From the NCBI GenBank assembly GCA_947307255.1, contig CAMZIO010000003.1, positions 7,428 through 71,427 on the forward strand: a DNA stretch of 64,000 bases, given 5' to 3'. Shown one piece after another: positions 9,916 to 20,043 of the stretch. The notes under the pieces were generated by a model. The model had not been told where the DNA came from and made no database searches. It saw only the letters and a program-made list of their open reading frames with translations. Source of the DNA: an uncultured Clostridia bacterium. Lineage in GTDB: Bacteria; Bacillota; Clostridia; Oscillospirales; Oscillospiraceae. Both the position numbers and the translations under genes were made by a program. Position 1 is the stretch's first letter. Every line of letters begins with the position of its first letter.

Positions 9916-11241
9916 GTGAAGCATCAGGTATCTGTGATCGGAGCGGGGCTGGCCGGCTGCGAAGCTGCCTGGCAGCTCGCGCAGCGCGGCGTGGAGGTTA
10001 CGCTCTATGAGATGAAGCCGTACAAGAAGACCCCTGCGCACCATACGGATGACTTTGCGGAGCTGTGCTGCTCCAATTCCCTGCGTTCGGACCAACTGGA
10101 GAACGCGGTGGGCCTTTTGAAGCAGGAACTGCGCAGCATGGGCTCGCTGATTCTCTCCTGCGCGGACGCGACGCGCGTGGAGGCCGGCGGCGCGCTGGCG
10201 GTGGACCGCTGCGGCTTTGCCGCGCTGGCGACGCAGCGCGTGCGCACGCATCCGAATATCACCGTGGTGGAGGGCGAGGTAACACGCCTTCCCGCAGGCG
10301 AGGTCGTCGTGGCGTCCGGCCCGCTGACCTCCGAGGCGCTGGCCGACGAGATCGCCCGTATCACCGGGGGAGCGCAGACACTGCACTTTTTCGACGCCGC
10401 CGCGCCGCTGGTGAGTTTTGACAGCGTGGATATGACCAGCGCGTGGTTTGCCTCGCGCTATGACAAGGGGACAGCGGATTATGTAAACTGCCCGATGACG
10501 GAAGAGGAGTATACGGCCTTCTGGCAGGCGTTGACTGCCGCACAGGAGGCGCAGGTCCACGGCTTTGAGGACAAGCAGGTTTTTGAGGGATGTATGCCGG
10601 TGGAGGTCATGGCGCGCCGCGGGCGCGACACGCTGCGCTACGGGCCGCTCAAGCCCCGTGGGCTGAAGGATCCGAAAACGGGGCGCGAGCCGTTTGCCGT
10701 GGTGCAGCTGCGGCGGGACAACAGCGAGGGCAGCATTTACAATCTCGTGGGCTTTCAGACGCATCTGCGCTTTGGCGAGCAAAAACGCGTCTTTTCCATG
10801 ATCCCCGCGCTGCATGACGCTGAATTCGTGCGCTACGGCGTGATGCACCGCAATACCTATCTGGATTCCCCGCGCCTGTTGGACCGCTACTATCGCCTAA
10901 AAAGCGAGCCGCGGATCGTCTTCGCCGGGCAGATGACCGGGGTAGAGGGCTACGTGGAGTCCGCGGCCTCCGGCTTTCTGGCGGGGGTAGAGCTGGCGCG
11001 GCGGTTGGCGGGGAAGACGCCGATCGACTTTCCGCAGGAGACCGCCGTCGGCGCGCTGGGACTGTACGTGAGCAACGGCAGCGTGGCAGATTTCCAGCCG
11101 ATGAATATCAATTTCGGCATCATCCCGCCCCTGAGCTATCGCGTCAAGGGCAAGCGGAACAAAAACGCCGAGCTATCCAAACGCTCGCTGACAATTATCG
11201 ACGCGCTGCGCGATGAGGTGCTGAGCGACTGTAAGGAGTAA
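9916..11241 (+). CDS. trmFO: Folate/FAD-dependent tRNA U54 methyltransferase
   Basis: GAGLAGCEAA, ELCCSNS, FEGCMPVE, GVMHRNTY, AGQMTGVEGY. Confidence 0.97.
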   Translation: MKHQVSVIGAGLAGCEAAWQLAQRGVEVTLYEMKPYKKTPAHHTDDFAELCCSNSLRSDQLENAVGLLKQELRSMGSLILSCADATRVEAGGALAVDRCGFAALATQRVRTHPNITVVEGEVTRLPAGEVVVASGPLTSEALADEIARITGGAQTLHFFDAAAPLVSFDSVDMTSAWFASRYDKGTADYVNCPMTEEEYTAFWQALTAAQEAQVHGFEDKQVFEGCMPVEVMARRGRDTLRYGPLKPRGLKDPKTGREPFAVVQLRRDNSEGSIYNLVGFQTHLRFGEQKRVFSMIPALHDAEFVRYGVMHRNTYLDSPRLLDRYYRLKSEPRIVFAGQMTGVEGYVESAASGFLAGVELARRLAGKTPIDFPQETAVGALGLYVSNGSVADFQPMNINFGIIPPLSYRVKGKRNKNAELSKRSLTIIDALRDEVLSDCKE

Positions 11242-11245
11242 TGGA

Positions 11246-12283
11246 ATGAGAATCATTGTAGATGCGATGGGTGGCGACTTCGCGCCGCTCGCCCCGGTGA
11301 AGGGCGCGCTGGCTGCACGGGAGAAATACGGTGTGGAGATCGTGCTCGTTGGGCGCGAGGACACCGTGCGGGATGCGATGGCCGCGTGCGGGAGAAGCGC
11401 GCTGCCAGCGGGCGTAACGCTCCTGCCCGCCAGCGAGGTCGTGGAGATCTGCGACGACCCGGCGACGGCGTTTAAGACCAAGAAGGACTCCTCGCTCACG
11501 GTGGGACTGAAGGCGCTGAAGGCCGGCGAGGCAGACGGTTTTGTCAGCGCGGGCAGCACCGGCGCACTGCTATCCGGAGCGACGCTGCTGGTCAAGCGCA
11601 TCCGCGGCCTGCGCCGCGCGGCGCTCGCACCGGTGCTTCCGACGGCGCTTGGCCGCGCCGTGCTGATCGACTGCGGCGCGAACGCCGAATGCACGGTGGA
11701 GTATCTGCTGCAGTTCGCCTATCTTGGCAGCTACTATGCCGGCAAGGTGCTGCATATGGACTCGCCGCGCGTGGGGCTTTTGAACATCGGCGCGGAGGAG
11801 AGCAAGGGCGACACGCTGCGCCGTGAGACTTATCAGAAGCTGCGTGAGGCCGGTGAACGGGGATACTTGAACTTCGTCGGCAACGTGGAGGCGAAGGAGG
11901 CAATGCTCGGCGGCTGCGACGTGATCGTTGCGGACGGTTACTCCGGCAACATCATGCTCAAGTCGCTGGAGGGCACGGGCCTGTTCCTCAGCAAACGGCT
12001 CAAGGATATTTTGACGAAAAACGCCGGGACGAAGCTTGCGGCACTGCTGCTCAAGGGCGGCCTTGCGGACTTTAAAAGGACGCTGGACCCCAGCGAGGTC
12101 GGCGGAACGGTGCTGCTGGGTATTTCAAAGCCGGTGATCAAGGCACACGGGTCGAGCGACGAGACTGCGTTTTGCAACGCGATCCGCCAGGCGGTTGCGG
12201 TGGCCGAGAGCGGCATTATTGCCGATATCGAGCGGGATATCGACCGGATGCGTCTGCCGCGGGGCGACGGGGCGCCGGAATGA
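11246..12283 (+). CDS. plsX: Phosphate acyltransferase PlsX
   Basis: DAMGGDFAP, SAGSTGA, DCGAN, LLNIGAEESKG, VIKAHGSS. Confidence 0.97.
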   Translation: MRIIVDAMGGDFAPLAPVKGALAAREKYGVEIVLVGREDTVRDAMAACGRSALPAGVTLLPASEVVEICDDPATAFKTKKDSSLTVGLKALKAGEADGFVSAGSTGALLSGATLLVKRIRGLRRAALAPVLPTALGRAVLIDCGANAECTVEYLLQFAYLGSYYAGKVLHMDSPRVGLLNIGAEESKGDTLRRETYQKLREAGERGYLNFVGNVEAKEAMLGGCDVIVADGYSGNIMLKSLEGTGLFLSKRLKDILTKNAGTKLAALLLKGGLADFKRTLDPSEVGGTVLLGISKPVIKAHGSSDETAFCNAIRQAVAVAESGIIADIERDIDRMRLPRGDGAPE

Positions 12284-12299
12284 TTTTCCCAAAAGGGTA

Positions 12300-12328
12300 T
12301 TGACACTTGGCGTGCTTTGCCGTATCAT
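12300..12328 (+). promoter_or_regulatory. SigA promoter of acpP-rnc
   Basis: TTGACA-17 bp-TATCAT. Confidence 0.75.
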
Positions 12329-12360
12329 TTTGGCAAACATTGCGCAAGGAGGCAACGAAA

Positions 12361-12609
12361 ATGACGGAAGAAGCAATTTTTGAAAAGCTCCGCGGCATGA
12401 TCGCCGAGCAGTTTGACCTGGATTTAAAGAATATTACAATGGAAAGCAGCTTTGCGGACGATTTCGGCGCGGATTCGATCGACCTGGTGGAGCTGATGAT
12501 GAACGTCGAGGACGAGTTTGAAATCGAGTCGATCACCGAAGAGGACGTCGGCGAGTTCACCACCGTCGGCAAGTGCGTGCGCTATCTGGCTGCGCGGCTG
12601 AATGGATAA
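12361..12609 (+). CDS. acpP: Acyl carrier protein
   Basis: DDFGADSIDLVEL phosphopantetheine motif; AAGGAGG RBS. Confidence 0.95.
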   Translation: MTEEAIFEKLRGMIAEQFDLDLKNITMESSFADDFGADSIDLVELMMNVEDEFEIESITEEDVGEFTTVGKCVRYLAARLNG

Positions 12610-12661
12610 AAAACTGCCCCGCCACGTGCGGGGCGTCCTTTGTTTGAGGGGAGGGATGACT

Positions 12662-13339
12662 ATGCAGGCATTGGAAGAAAAGCTGGGCTATCATTTTCAC
12701 AACGTCGCACTGCTGGAGGAGGCCCTGCGGCACAGCTCCTATGCCAACGAGCACCGCGGCGCCAACAGGCCGAGCAACGAACGGCTTGAATTTCTGGGCG
12801 ACAGCGTGCTGGGCTTTGTAACGGCGGACTATTTGTTTGCCAAGCATCCCACCGCTCCGGAGGGAGAGCTGACGCGCATCCGCGCGCTGCTCGTGTGTGA
12901 GGACAGCCTGCACGAGGTGGCGCAGCGGTTGGAGCTGGGGCGGCATCTTTTGCTGGGCAACGGAGAGGAGAGCGGCGGCGGGCGCACCCGTGCGTCCATC
13001 CTGGCCGACGCGGTGGAGGCAGTCTTTGCCGCGGTATATCTGGACGGCGGGATCGAGGAGGCGCGCAAGCTGATTCACCGCGTCCTGCTCGACACGGAAC
13101 GCGAGGATATCGCGGAGGAAAAACGCCGCGACTATAAAACGCTGCTGCAGGAGTATGTGCAGCGCTCGCCCAATCAGACCCTTACTTATGCCATGGTGGG
13201 CGAGAGCGGCCCCGATCATGCCAAAACCTTCCTGGCAGAGGTGCAGCTCAACGGTACGCGCATCGGCAGCGGCAGCGGACACAGCAAAAAAGAAGCGGAG
13301 CAGATGGCGGCGCGCGACGCCATGGAAAAGCTGGCCTGA
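12662..13339 (+). CDS. rnc: Ribonuclease III
   Basis: NERLEFLGDSVL signature and C-terminal dsRBD (GPDHAKTF...SKKEAEQMAA); start may be 12656. Confidence 0.97.
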   Translation: MQALEEKLGYHFHNVALLEEALRHSSYANEHRGANRPSNERLEFLGDSVLGFVTADYLFAKHPTAPEGELTRIRALLVCEDSLHEVAQRLELGRHLLLGNGEESGGGRTRASILADAVEAVFAAVYLDGGIEEARKLIHRVLLDTEREDIAEEKRRDYKTLLQEYVQRSPNQTLTYAMVGESGPDHAKTFLAEVQLNGTRIGSGSGHSKKEAEQMAARDAMEKLA

Positions 13340-13473
13340 ACGGGGTGGGAAACGCATCGCGAAAAGCGGGCCCGGCAGGCACCGCCTTTCCGCCGTTTGC
13401 CCCACCGGTGCAAAAGTGCGCGCCGGCGAGAGGCGAATACCGTTGGAAGCGCGGCGCGCAGGAGGTCTTGAAA

Positions 13474-13920
13474 ATGTCTGACCGACTCGTTAAGATCATT
13501 CCGGCGAACCCTTATATGGCAATATCAGATTCGATTCTTCGGGAGGCAAAGGATGATCTGCAAAACGCGATCCAATGTGATTCAATAGCCATTCAAACGA
13601 GCGACCATCCGGCGTTTGTGGACTGCGGCGGCAGCCTCGAACGAATTTTCTGCCCGGTCTGCCATTCGGAAATCGATTTTGAATGGTGGGGGACGGCGAT
13701 GGATCGCGCGTATGAAGAAGCGTTCCGGAAGCTGGACGTTGTCTTGCCGTGCTGCGGCGAGACGGTGTCGCTGAATGATTTGCAGTATGACTTCCCGTGC
13801 GGCTTTTCAACCTGTGCCATTGAAATACTCAATCCCATCGCTCAAATTGACGCTGCGACGCTGGATGCCGTAAAAGAAATTTTCAGGACGGGCGTAAGGG
13901 TGATCTGCGCACGCCTGTAA
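13474..13920 (+). CDS. Cys-rich hypothetical protein (possible zinc ribbon)
   Basis: AGGAGG RBS; CPVC and PCC motifs; more AT-rich codons than its neighbours. Confidence 0.75.
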   Translation: MSDRLVKIIPANPYMAISDSILREAKDDLQNAIQCDSIAIQTSDHPAFVDCGGSLERIFCPVCHSEIDFEWWGTAMDRAYEEAFRKLDVVLPCCGETVSLNDLQYDFPCGFSTCAIEILNPIAQIDAATLDAVKEIFRTGVRVICARL

Positions 13921-14170
13921 AGGGTGGGCTTACAGCAACAAAACAGGCGCATAGTTCAGAGAGAAGATTCAAGCAATCTTCTCTTTTTTTGCTGGAAAGG
14001 GGATGCCGTGGGGATGAAAAGCACCGCGCAGGGGCGTTTGGGCCGCCGCGCGGTTGACTTTTTGATGGGAAAAAGCCAAATAAATTTACATAATTCGTGG
14101 TGGTATTTTGAGATTTTGTGTGATATAATTATTCTGGTTTTGTATGAGATAAGAAAGGACCGATTAAACC

Positions 14171-15004
14171 ATGTCTCTGTTGACTTCGATTCTCTTGGGA
14201 ATCATTCAGGGGATTGCTGAATTTTTGCCGATTTCCAGCTCGGGGCACCTCGCCATTGCCGAGCATCTGCTGGGGATGGAGGGGGCGTCGGATATCCCGG
14301 AATTTTTTGACGTGCTGCTGCATCTGGGTACGCTGGGCGCCGTGTTCGCGGCCTACTGGCAGGAGATTCGGGATATGATCGCGGAGCTTTTCCGCGGTGT
14401 GGACGATCTGGTGCATCACACCACGCCCGCGCATATTCCGTCGGCGCGGCGGCTGATTTTGCTGATCGTCGTCGGTACGCTGCCGCTTTTCCTGGTCCTG
14501 CCCATCAAAGACAAGATCGAGGGGCTGGCAGACAATATGTATTTCATCGGCTTTGCGCTGATGGTTACAGGCGTGCTGCTCTATCTCTGCGACCGGGTGC
14601 GCAAGGGACGCAAGAGCGAGAAAAACGCCCGGCTGTCCGACGTGCTGGTGGTGGGCTTGGGGCAGGCGCTGGCTACCTGCCCGGGCATTTCCCGTTCCGG
14701 TATGACGATTACGGCGGGCTGCTTGCGCGGCTTTGAGCGTAAGTTCGCGGTGCGGTATTCCTTCCTGCTGTCGATCCCGGCGATTCTGGGCGCAAATATT
14801 TTGTCGCTCAAGGACGCCCTGGAGGCGGGCGTGGATTGGCAGGCCGTGCCGGTTTATCTGGTGGGTGTGGCGGTTGCCGGACTGGTGGGCTACGCCTGCA
14901 TCCGTCTGCTGCGTTACATTGCCGATCACGGACGATTCGGCGCTTTTGCCTACTATTGCTGGGCCGTCGGCGCACTGGTGCTGATTTTGACGATCGCCCG
15001 GTAA
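14171..15004 (+). CDS. uppP: Undecaprenyl-diphosphatase (BacA)
   Basis: GIIQGIAEFLPISSSGHL, LHLGT, PGISRSGMT. Confidence 0.96.
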   Translation: MSLLTSILLGIIQGIAEFLPISSSGHLAIAEHLLGMEGASDIPEFFDVLLHLGTLGAVFAAYWQEIRDMIAELFRGVDDLVHHTTPAHIPSARRLILLIVVGTLPLFLVLPIKDKIEGLADNMYFIGFALMVTGVLLYLCDRVRKGRKSEKNARLSDVLVVGLGQALATCPGISRSGMTITAGCLRGFERKFAVRYSFLLSIPAILGANILSLKDALEAGVDWQAVPVYLVGVAVAGLVGYACIRLLRYIADHGRFGAFAYYCWAVGALVLILTIAR

Positions 15005-15038
15005 TTTCAGCGGTTTCCGTCGGAAAGGATAAGATTTT

Positions 15039-17606
15039 ATGGCAACACAGAAGAAAACGACTCAAAAGCGAACGACCGGCAAGCGCAAGACGCAGCCGAA
15101 AAAGCGCCCGATCCGCCGTGAGATCGGCGGCTGGGTATGCTTGCTGCTGGCGCTGTGCGTGGGGGTGAGCTATTTCCAGCGGGGGGCGATTTTGATTGAT
15201 CAGCTCTCCACGCTGCTGCGCGGACTGCTTGGCTACGGCTACTACGCCGCGCTGGCGGCGCTGTTGCTGGCGGCGTATATCCTGCTGTTTCACCATGGCC
15301 GCGCCGTGGCCGCACCGTTGGCCGGCACGCTGCTTTTGCCGCTGCTGATCGGGGCAATAACGCATCTGATCGGGGGACAGACCCAGATCACCTCAAGCAG
15401 CGGCAGCGTCAAGCTGCTGTGGGAGTCGGGATTGGCGCTGAGCTCCGGCGGCGCAGCCGCAGGAGGGGCGGCGACGCTTCTGACGGCTGTGCTGGGGAAG
15501 GTCGCTTCACTGGTCGTGCTTTTCGTGCTGCTGGCTGCGTGTCTGCTGCTGGCGCTTCGCCTCACGCCCGCCGGGATCGTCGAAACGCTGCGCAGCCGGG
15601 AGCGTATACCCTACGAGCCGGAGGAACTGCCGGTGCGCCAGCGTCCCGCGCCGCGCAGTGCGCGCGACGTGCGGCGTGTGGAGTATCAGCCCATCCGCGG
15701 CGGCCGCGCTTCGATTGATATCCCGCTGGACGGGGAGGAGCGCCCCCGGAAGACGAATGAGAAGAAAACCGGCTTTTTCACACATAAATCGGATGGGATG
15801 AAAACGCCGGACGAGGTGCTTGCCTCGCGCGGCGCTGCCGCGGCTGAGACGGCGCAGACCTTGCCCGCCGCAGCCAAGGCGGAGAAGGCCGCCATTGAGG
15901 AGCCGCACCGGATTATGCCGGAGCCGATCGTTCCCGCCGCCTCCCGACCGGAGGCGCCCGTGCAGACAAGTCGGCCGCCCGTCGTGTCGGCGGACGATGC
16001 CGGACAGAAGGAAACTGCGGATAAGCTCGCCAAGGCGGAGGTGGCCGCCGCCGCGCAGGATGTTGCGCGCGAAATCGCCGCCGGCGAAGCCGCGGCGCCG
16101 GAGTATCGCTATCCGCCTATTACGCTGCTTGACCAGGGCAGCGGAACCAACGCGGAGGCAGCGGGCGCGGAGCTGCGCAACAACTCCCGCCGCCTTGCTG
16201 AAACGCTCAAGAGCTTTGGCGTGGAAGCGACCGCGGGCGACGTGGTGCGCGGTCCGTCCGTTACGCGCTACGAGTTTATGCTGGACCAGGGCGTCAAGCT
16301 CTCCAAAATCACCAATCTGCAGGACGATATTGCCCTGGCGCTCGGTGCGAGCGGCGTGCGTATTGCGCCGATCCCCGATAAGATCTCCGTGGTCGGCGTC
16401 GAGGTGCCGAATAAGCTGGTATCCCCGGTTTATATCCGCAGTGTGCTGGAGTCACGGGAGTTTACCACCCACAAGTCGAACGTCGCCTTTGCCGTGGGCA
16501 AGGATATCAGCGGCAAGAATATCATCGGCAATATCAGCAAGCTGCCGCACGTGCTCATCGCCGGCACCACCGGTTCGGGTAAGTCGGTTTGCACCAATTC
16601 GCTGATTATCTCCATGCTCTACAAGTCCACGCCGGAGGAAGTGCGCTTTATCATGGTCGACCCCAAGATGGTCGAGCTTGCGCCCTACAACGGCATTCCC
16701 CATTTGCTCATTCCCGTGGTAACCGATCCGAAGAAGGCGGCCGGTGCGCTGCAGTGGGCGGTATACGAGATGATGAAGCGCTATAAGCTGTTCTCCGAGC
16801 ATAACGTCAAGGAGCTGGCGGCTTTCAACGCGCTGGCCAAAACCGATCCGACCCTGAAAAAGCTGCCTACCGTGGTCGTCGTGATCGACGAGCTGGCCGA
16901 TCTGATGCTGGTGGCGGCGAAGGAAGTGGAAGAGTCCATCTGCCGCGTGGCGCAGATGGGGCGCGCCGCGGGGATGCACCTGGTCATCGCCACGCAGCGT
17001 CCCAGCGCGGACGTGATCACGGGACTGATGAAGGCCAATATCCCCAGCCGGATCGCCTTCGCAGTGGCGTCGTCGCTGGAATCGCGCATTATTCTGGACA
17101 GCGCCGGCGCCGAGAAGCTGGTCGGCCGTGGCGATATGCTCTACGCCCCTCTGGGCGAAGGCAAGCCCCGCCGCGTACAGGGCTGCCTGATTACCGCCGA
17201 GGAGATCGAGCGCGTGGTCGATTTTGTCAAGGAAAATGGAGAGACGAGCTACGACAAGGACGTGATCGAAAAGATCGAGCAAAACGTCGCGGAAAAGGAG
17301 AAGGGCGGAAAGAGCGCGCCCGTGCAGGCCGAGCCTGCCGAGGACGACGGCGACGAGATGCTGCCTGCCGCGATCGAGGTCGTGCTGGAAACGGGGCAGG
17401 CGTCCGTCTACATGCTGCAGCGGCGGCTCAAGCTGGGCTATTCCCGCGCGGCGCGTCTGGTCGACCAGATGGAGGAGCGGGGCATCGTCGGCCCGTTCGA
17501 GGGTTCCAAGCCGCGCCAGCTGCTCGTTACGCGCGAGCAGTGGCAGGAGATACAGATGAAGGGCGAGCAGACCGCTGCGGCGGAGAATGCGGAAACCGAA
17601 GAATAA
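15039..17606 (+). CDS. ftsK: FtsK/SpoIIIE DNA translocase
   Basis: N-terminal TM domain, PHVLIAGTTGSGKS, IDELADLM, ATQRPS, gamma domain LQRRLKLGYSRAAR. Confidence 0.96.
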   Translation: MATQKKTTQKRTTGKRKTQPKKRPIRREIGGWVCLLLALCVGVSYFQRGAILIDQLSTLLRGLLGYGYYAALAALLLAAYILLFHHGRAVAAPLAGTLLLPLLIGAITHLIGGQTQITSSSGSVKLLWESGLALSSGGAAAGGAATLLTAVLGKVASLVVLFVLLAACLLLALRLTPAGIVETLRSRERIPYEPEELPVRQRPAPRSARDVRRVEYQPIRGGRASIDIPLDGEERPRKTNEKKTGFFTHKSDGMKTPDEVLASRGAAAAETAQTLPAAAKAEKAAIEEPHRIMPEPIVPAASRPEAPVQTSRPPVVSADDAGQKETADKLAKAEVAAAAQDVAREIAAGEAAAPEYRYPPITLLDQGSGTNAEAAGAELRNNSRRLAETLKSFGVEATAGDVVRGPSVTRYEFMLDQGVKLSKITNLQDDIALALGASGVRIAPIPDKISVVGVEVPNKLVSPVYIRSVLESREFTTHKSNVAFAVGKDISGKNIIGNISKLPHVLIAGTTGSGKSVCTNSLIISMLYKSTPEEVRFIMVDPKMVELAPYNGIPHLLIPVVTDPKKAAGALQWAVYEMMKRYKLFSEHNVKELAAFNALAKTDPTLKKLPTVVVVIDELADLMLVAAKEVEESICRVAQMGRAAGMHLVIATQRPSADVITGLMKANIPSRIAFAVASSLESRIILDSAGAEKLVGRGDMLYAPLGEGKPRRVQGCLITAEEIERVVDFVKENGETSYDKDVIEKIEQNVAEKEKGGKSAPVQAEPAEDDGDEMLPAAIEVVLETGQASVYMLQRRLKLGYSRAARLVDQMEERGIVGPFEGSKPRQLLVTREQWQEIQMKGEQTAAAENAETEE

Positions 17607-17611
17607 ACACA

Positions 17612-17654
17612 GAAAAAGCAGCAGGCGCGCCGACGGCGCGCCTGCTGCTTTTTC
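17612..17654. terminator. Bidirectional terminator between ftsK and the SLH gene
   Basis: GAAAAAGCAGCAGGCGCGCC/GGCGCGCCTGCTGCTTTTTC. Confidence 0.9.
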
Positions 17655-17686
17655 AAAAATGGGACGGTTAGAATAAGCTAAAAAGA

Positions 17687-19750
17687 TTACATCTCAAGAG
17701 AGGCCCAGTCGCGCGGCTGCTCAAGTGCAGTCCACTTCTCCGACGCTTTTGTCGTGCGCTCGTACTCGTGGCTGTTGGTGGCTTCCTGCACATCCAGATA
17801 ATACCAATTCCGGGTATCCATATTGTCCGGCCATTTGATCATGCTTTCGAGGAGATCAGAAGGATCCTTCGGATCGCGGTTGAGGACACGGTTAACCAGT
17901 GCCATGGCCTCTGCGCGGGTAATATCCTGATCCGGTTTGAATGTGCCATCGGGATATCCGTTGATCCAACCGTTTGCAGCGGCCTTTGCGATTTCTGCCG
18001 ACGCCCAGTGACCAGATACGTCGCTGAAATCAGCCGCCGGTGCGCCGGCCTTGCTGTCAAATCGGGCGGCAATCGCCGCAAACTCCGCTCTCGTAATATT
18101 TTCGTTCGGACGGAACGTTCCGTCCGGATAGCCTCTGACGATATCCATCTTCGCCATGGTAGAGACGGCGTTATTTAACCACTGGCGCGCGCTTACATCG
18201 CTGAAACCGTTGCTTCGGGTGAAGTTGGCCTCTCTTACGTCATCCTGAAGGAGGCGGAAAAAGATCGTCGCCACCTCGGCTCTGGTAATATTAGCTTCCG
18301 GATGAACATTGCCGTCGGGATAGCCGATAATATAGGCGAAATGATCCTTCCCGTTCAAATCAGCCGGAACAGGTGTGGGATCGTACGGCACCGGCGTGGG
18401 GACGGGATCATCCGTATGAATGCGTACCCAGGATACTGCTATCTCGCGATCTGCCATATCAACGTCAATGGTATAGGTATAATATATTGAGCCGTCCGCT
18501 GCGATCACGGTGTCGGGTTTTACAACGACACCGTCTACGACGACTTTCTTCAGATCATAGTTGGGCTTGGGCGTCATTTTATACGTAATTGCCTTGCCGC
18601 TTGGCGCTACGACGGTGCCGGGTCCCAAGATTTCGCTTCCATCGCTGAGGTTGCCGTTGGGATTACCTGCCGCCGTGGTATGGATGCTGCCGCCCTTTTT
18701 CGTGGATGACGTGACCCTGTAATGGATTGGCTTACCGGCCGGATTGGTACCCGACAAAAGGAACGTCTTTGCACCCATATTTTGTCCGCCGGAGCACCAT
18801 ACGGTCAAATTTAATCCTTCAGCATTGTTCACGGGGGTGAAAAGACCGGAATAAAACGAGCCGTGATCGTAATTGGACTTATCCGGTGCGGTCGGATTAA
18901 AATGCATCCAACCGTTCGCATCCGAGATCCAGTCGCATTTATACCCCTTGGTGTCGTTTGCCTCAATGTCGTCTACTCCATGCGCATCCGGCAGATACAC
19001 ATTGCCAAAGCCGCTATTCAAACGGAGTTGTTCGGAGTAATTGTCGTTGTCTGCGGCGTCGAAAAGACGGCGTCCGAAGCTTCCGGTCGGACGTCTGACA
19101 ACGTCAATATCCGCAGCGGTGAAATAGAACGTACCGTCTACGGGCTGGCCATCCTGCAGCACCTGGATATTGACGTCGATATGGAATCCGTAAAGACAAT
19201 TGAACGGCTCATAGCCGCTTAAAATTACGTCGCCAGACGCCAAGGACAGCAATTTATCTGAGACGTTAGCCGATACGACGAGATGCAGATTGGAATAGGT
19301 AAAGACCACATCCGCAGAGCGGCCGTTGGCATAAGCGGCGTCTGCAAAGGTAAACCGGAACAAGTCTCCGTTAAAATCGTAGGCCTCGCCCTTCTTCAGG
19401 GGATACTTGGCGGTGTCGAAGGCGACGATGTTTTCGCACTTGAGAAGCGTGACGCCAAGAGGGATGTTGGAGACTCCCGTTGCCAATGCGGCAATTAAAT
19501 CTTCGCTTTCTGCCAGAATCTCGCAGCTTGCTTGATTCCTGGCTTCGTCCGTGCTGACTTTATCTGAATCTATATAGATCGTAGAGAGCTCTGCTTCCTT
19601 GGCAAAATACGTGCAGTCATCGCCATAGGATACTATATAGCCGTTCACCTCGGCTATATCTCCGGCCAAGGCAGTGCCGGCAAGCCCGCTGAACATACAA
19701 AGAAGCAACGCGAGCGATAAAAAATAGTGCGGTAAAGTATTTCTCTTCAT
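17687..19750 (-). CDS. Secreted S-layer-homology (SLH) surface protein
   Basis: Signal peptide MKRNTLPHYFLSLALLLCMFSGLAGTALA; Pro-rich linker; three SLH repeats (GYPDG..ITRAE) at the C-terminus. Confidence 0.9.
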   Translation of the reverse strand: MKRNTLPHYFLSLALLLCMFSGLAGTALAGDIAEVNGYIVSYGDDCTYFAKEAELSTIYIDSDKVSTDEARNQASCEILAESEDLIAALATGVSNIPLGVTLLKCENIVAFDTAKYPLKKGEAYDFNGDLFRFTFADAAYANGRSADVVFTYSNLHLVVSANVSDKLLSLASGDVILSGYEPFNCLYGFHIDVNIQVLQDGQPVDGTFYFTAADIDVVRRPTGSFGRRLFDAADNDNYSEQLRLNSGFGNVYLPDAHGVDDIEANDTKGYKCDWISDANGWMHFNPTAPDKSNYDHGSFYSGLFTPVNNAEGLNLTVWCSGGQNMGAKTFLLSGTNPAGKPIHYRVTSSTKKGGSIHTTAAGNPNGNLSDGSEILGPGTVVAPSGKAITYKMTPKPNYDLKKVVVDGVVVKPDTVIAADGSIYYTYTIDVDMADREIAVSWVRIHTDDPVPTPVPYDPTPVPADLNGKDHFAYIIGYPDGNVHPEANITRAEVATIFFRLLQDDVREANFTRSNGFSDVSARQWLNNAVSTMAKMDIVRGYPDGTFRPNENITRAEFAAIAARFDSKAGAPAADFSDVSGHWASAEIAKAAANGWINGYPDGTFKPDQDITRAEAMALVNRVLNRDPKDPSDLLESMIKWPDNMDTRNWYYLDVQEATNSHEYERTTKASEKWTALEQPRDWASLEM

Positions 19751-19923
19751 AAATATCCCTTTCATAAAATGCTGCTGGGTTACTTGGCTGACCCGGTCTG
19801 CTGACACAACTGACCTTCTTTTCGGCAACAATCCCATAATGATAGCTGACAGCAAGCTTGTCATCTTCACTTTTCTTTTCGAGCGTTTTCACCCCCTCTC
19901 CTTTGCTTAGCTTGTATCTGACG

Positions 19924-19953
19924 CTCTTGAATAAAAATGTTTTTGTTCAAGAG
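19924..19953. promoter_or_regulatory. Near-perfect 30 bp palindrome (candidate operator or hairpin)
   Basis: CTCTTGAATAAAAATGTTTTTGTTCAAGAG upstream of the SLH gene. Confidence 0.45.
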
Positions 19954-20043
19954 TGAAATTATGCTATAAATATGACTATAATTTAATCAAAAGTCAATAA
20001 TATTTTTAAACTGGCTTTAAAAAATAGCGAATTGCACAAAAAT

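Noticed and set aside
19760-19870. c-di-GMP riboswitch upstream of the SLH gene
   Set aside because: Only a TTGCCGAAA-like tail matches; the GGCAAA...GACGCAAA core is missing
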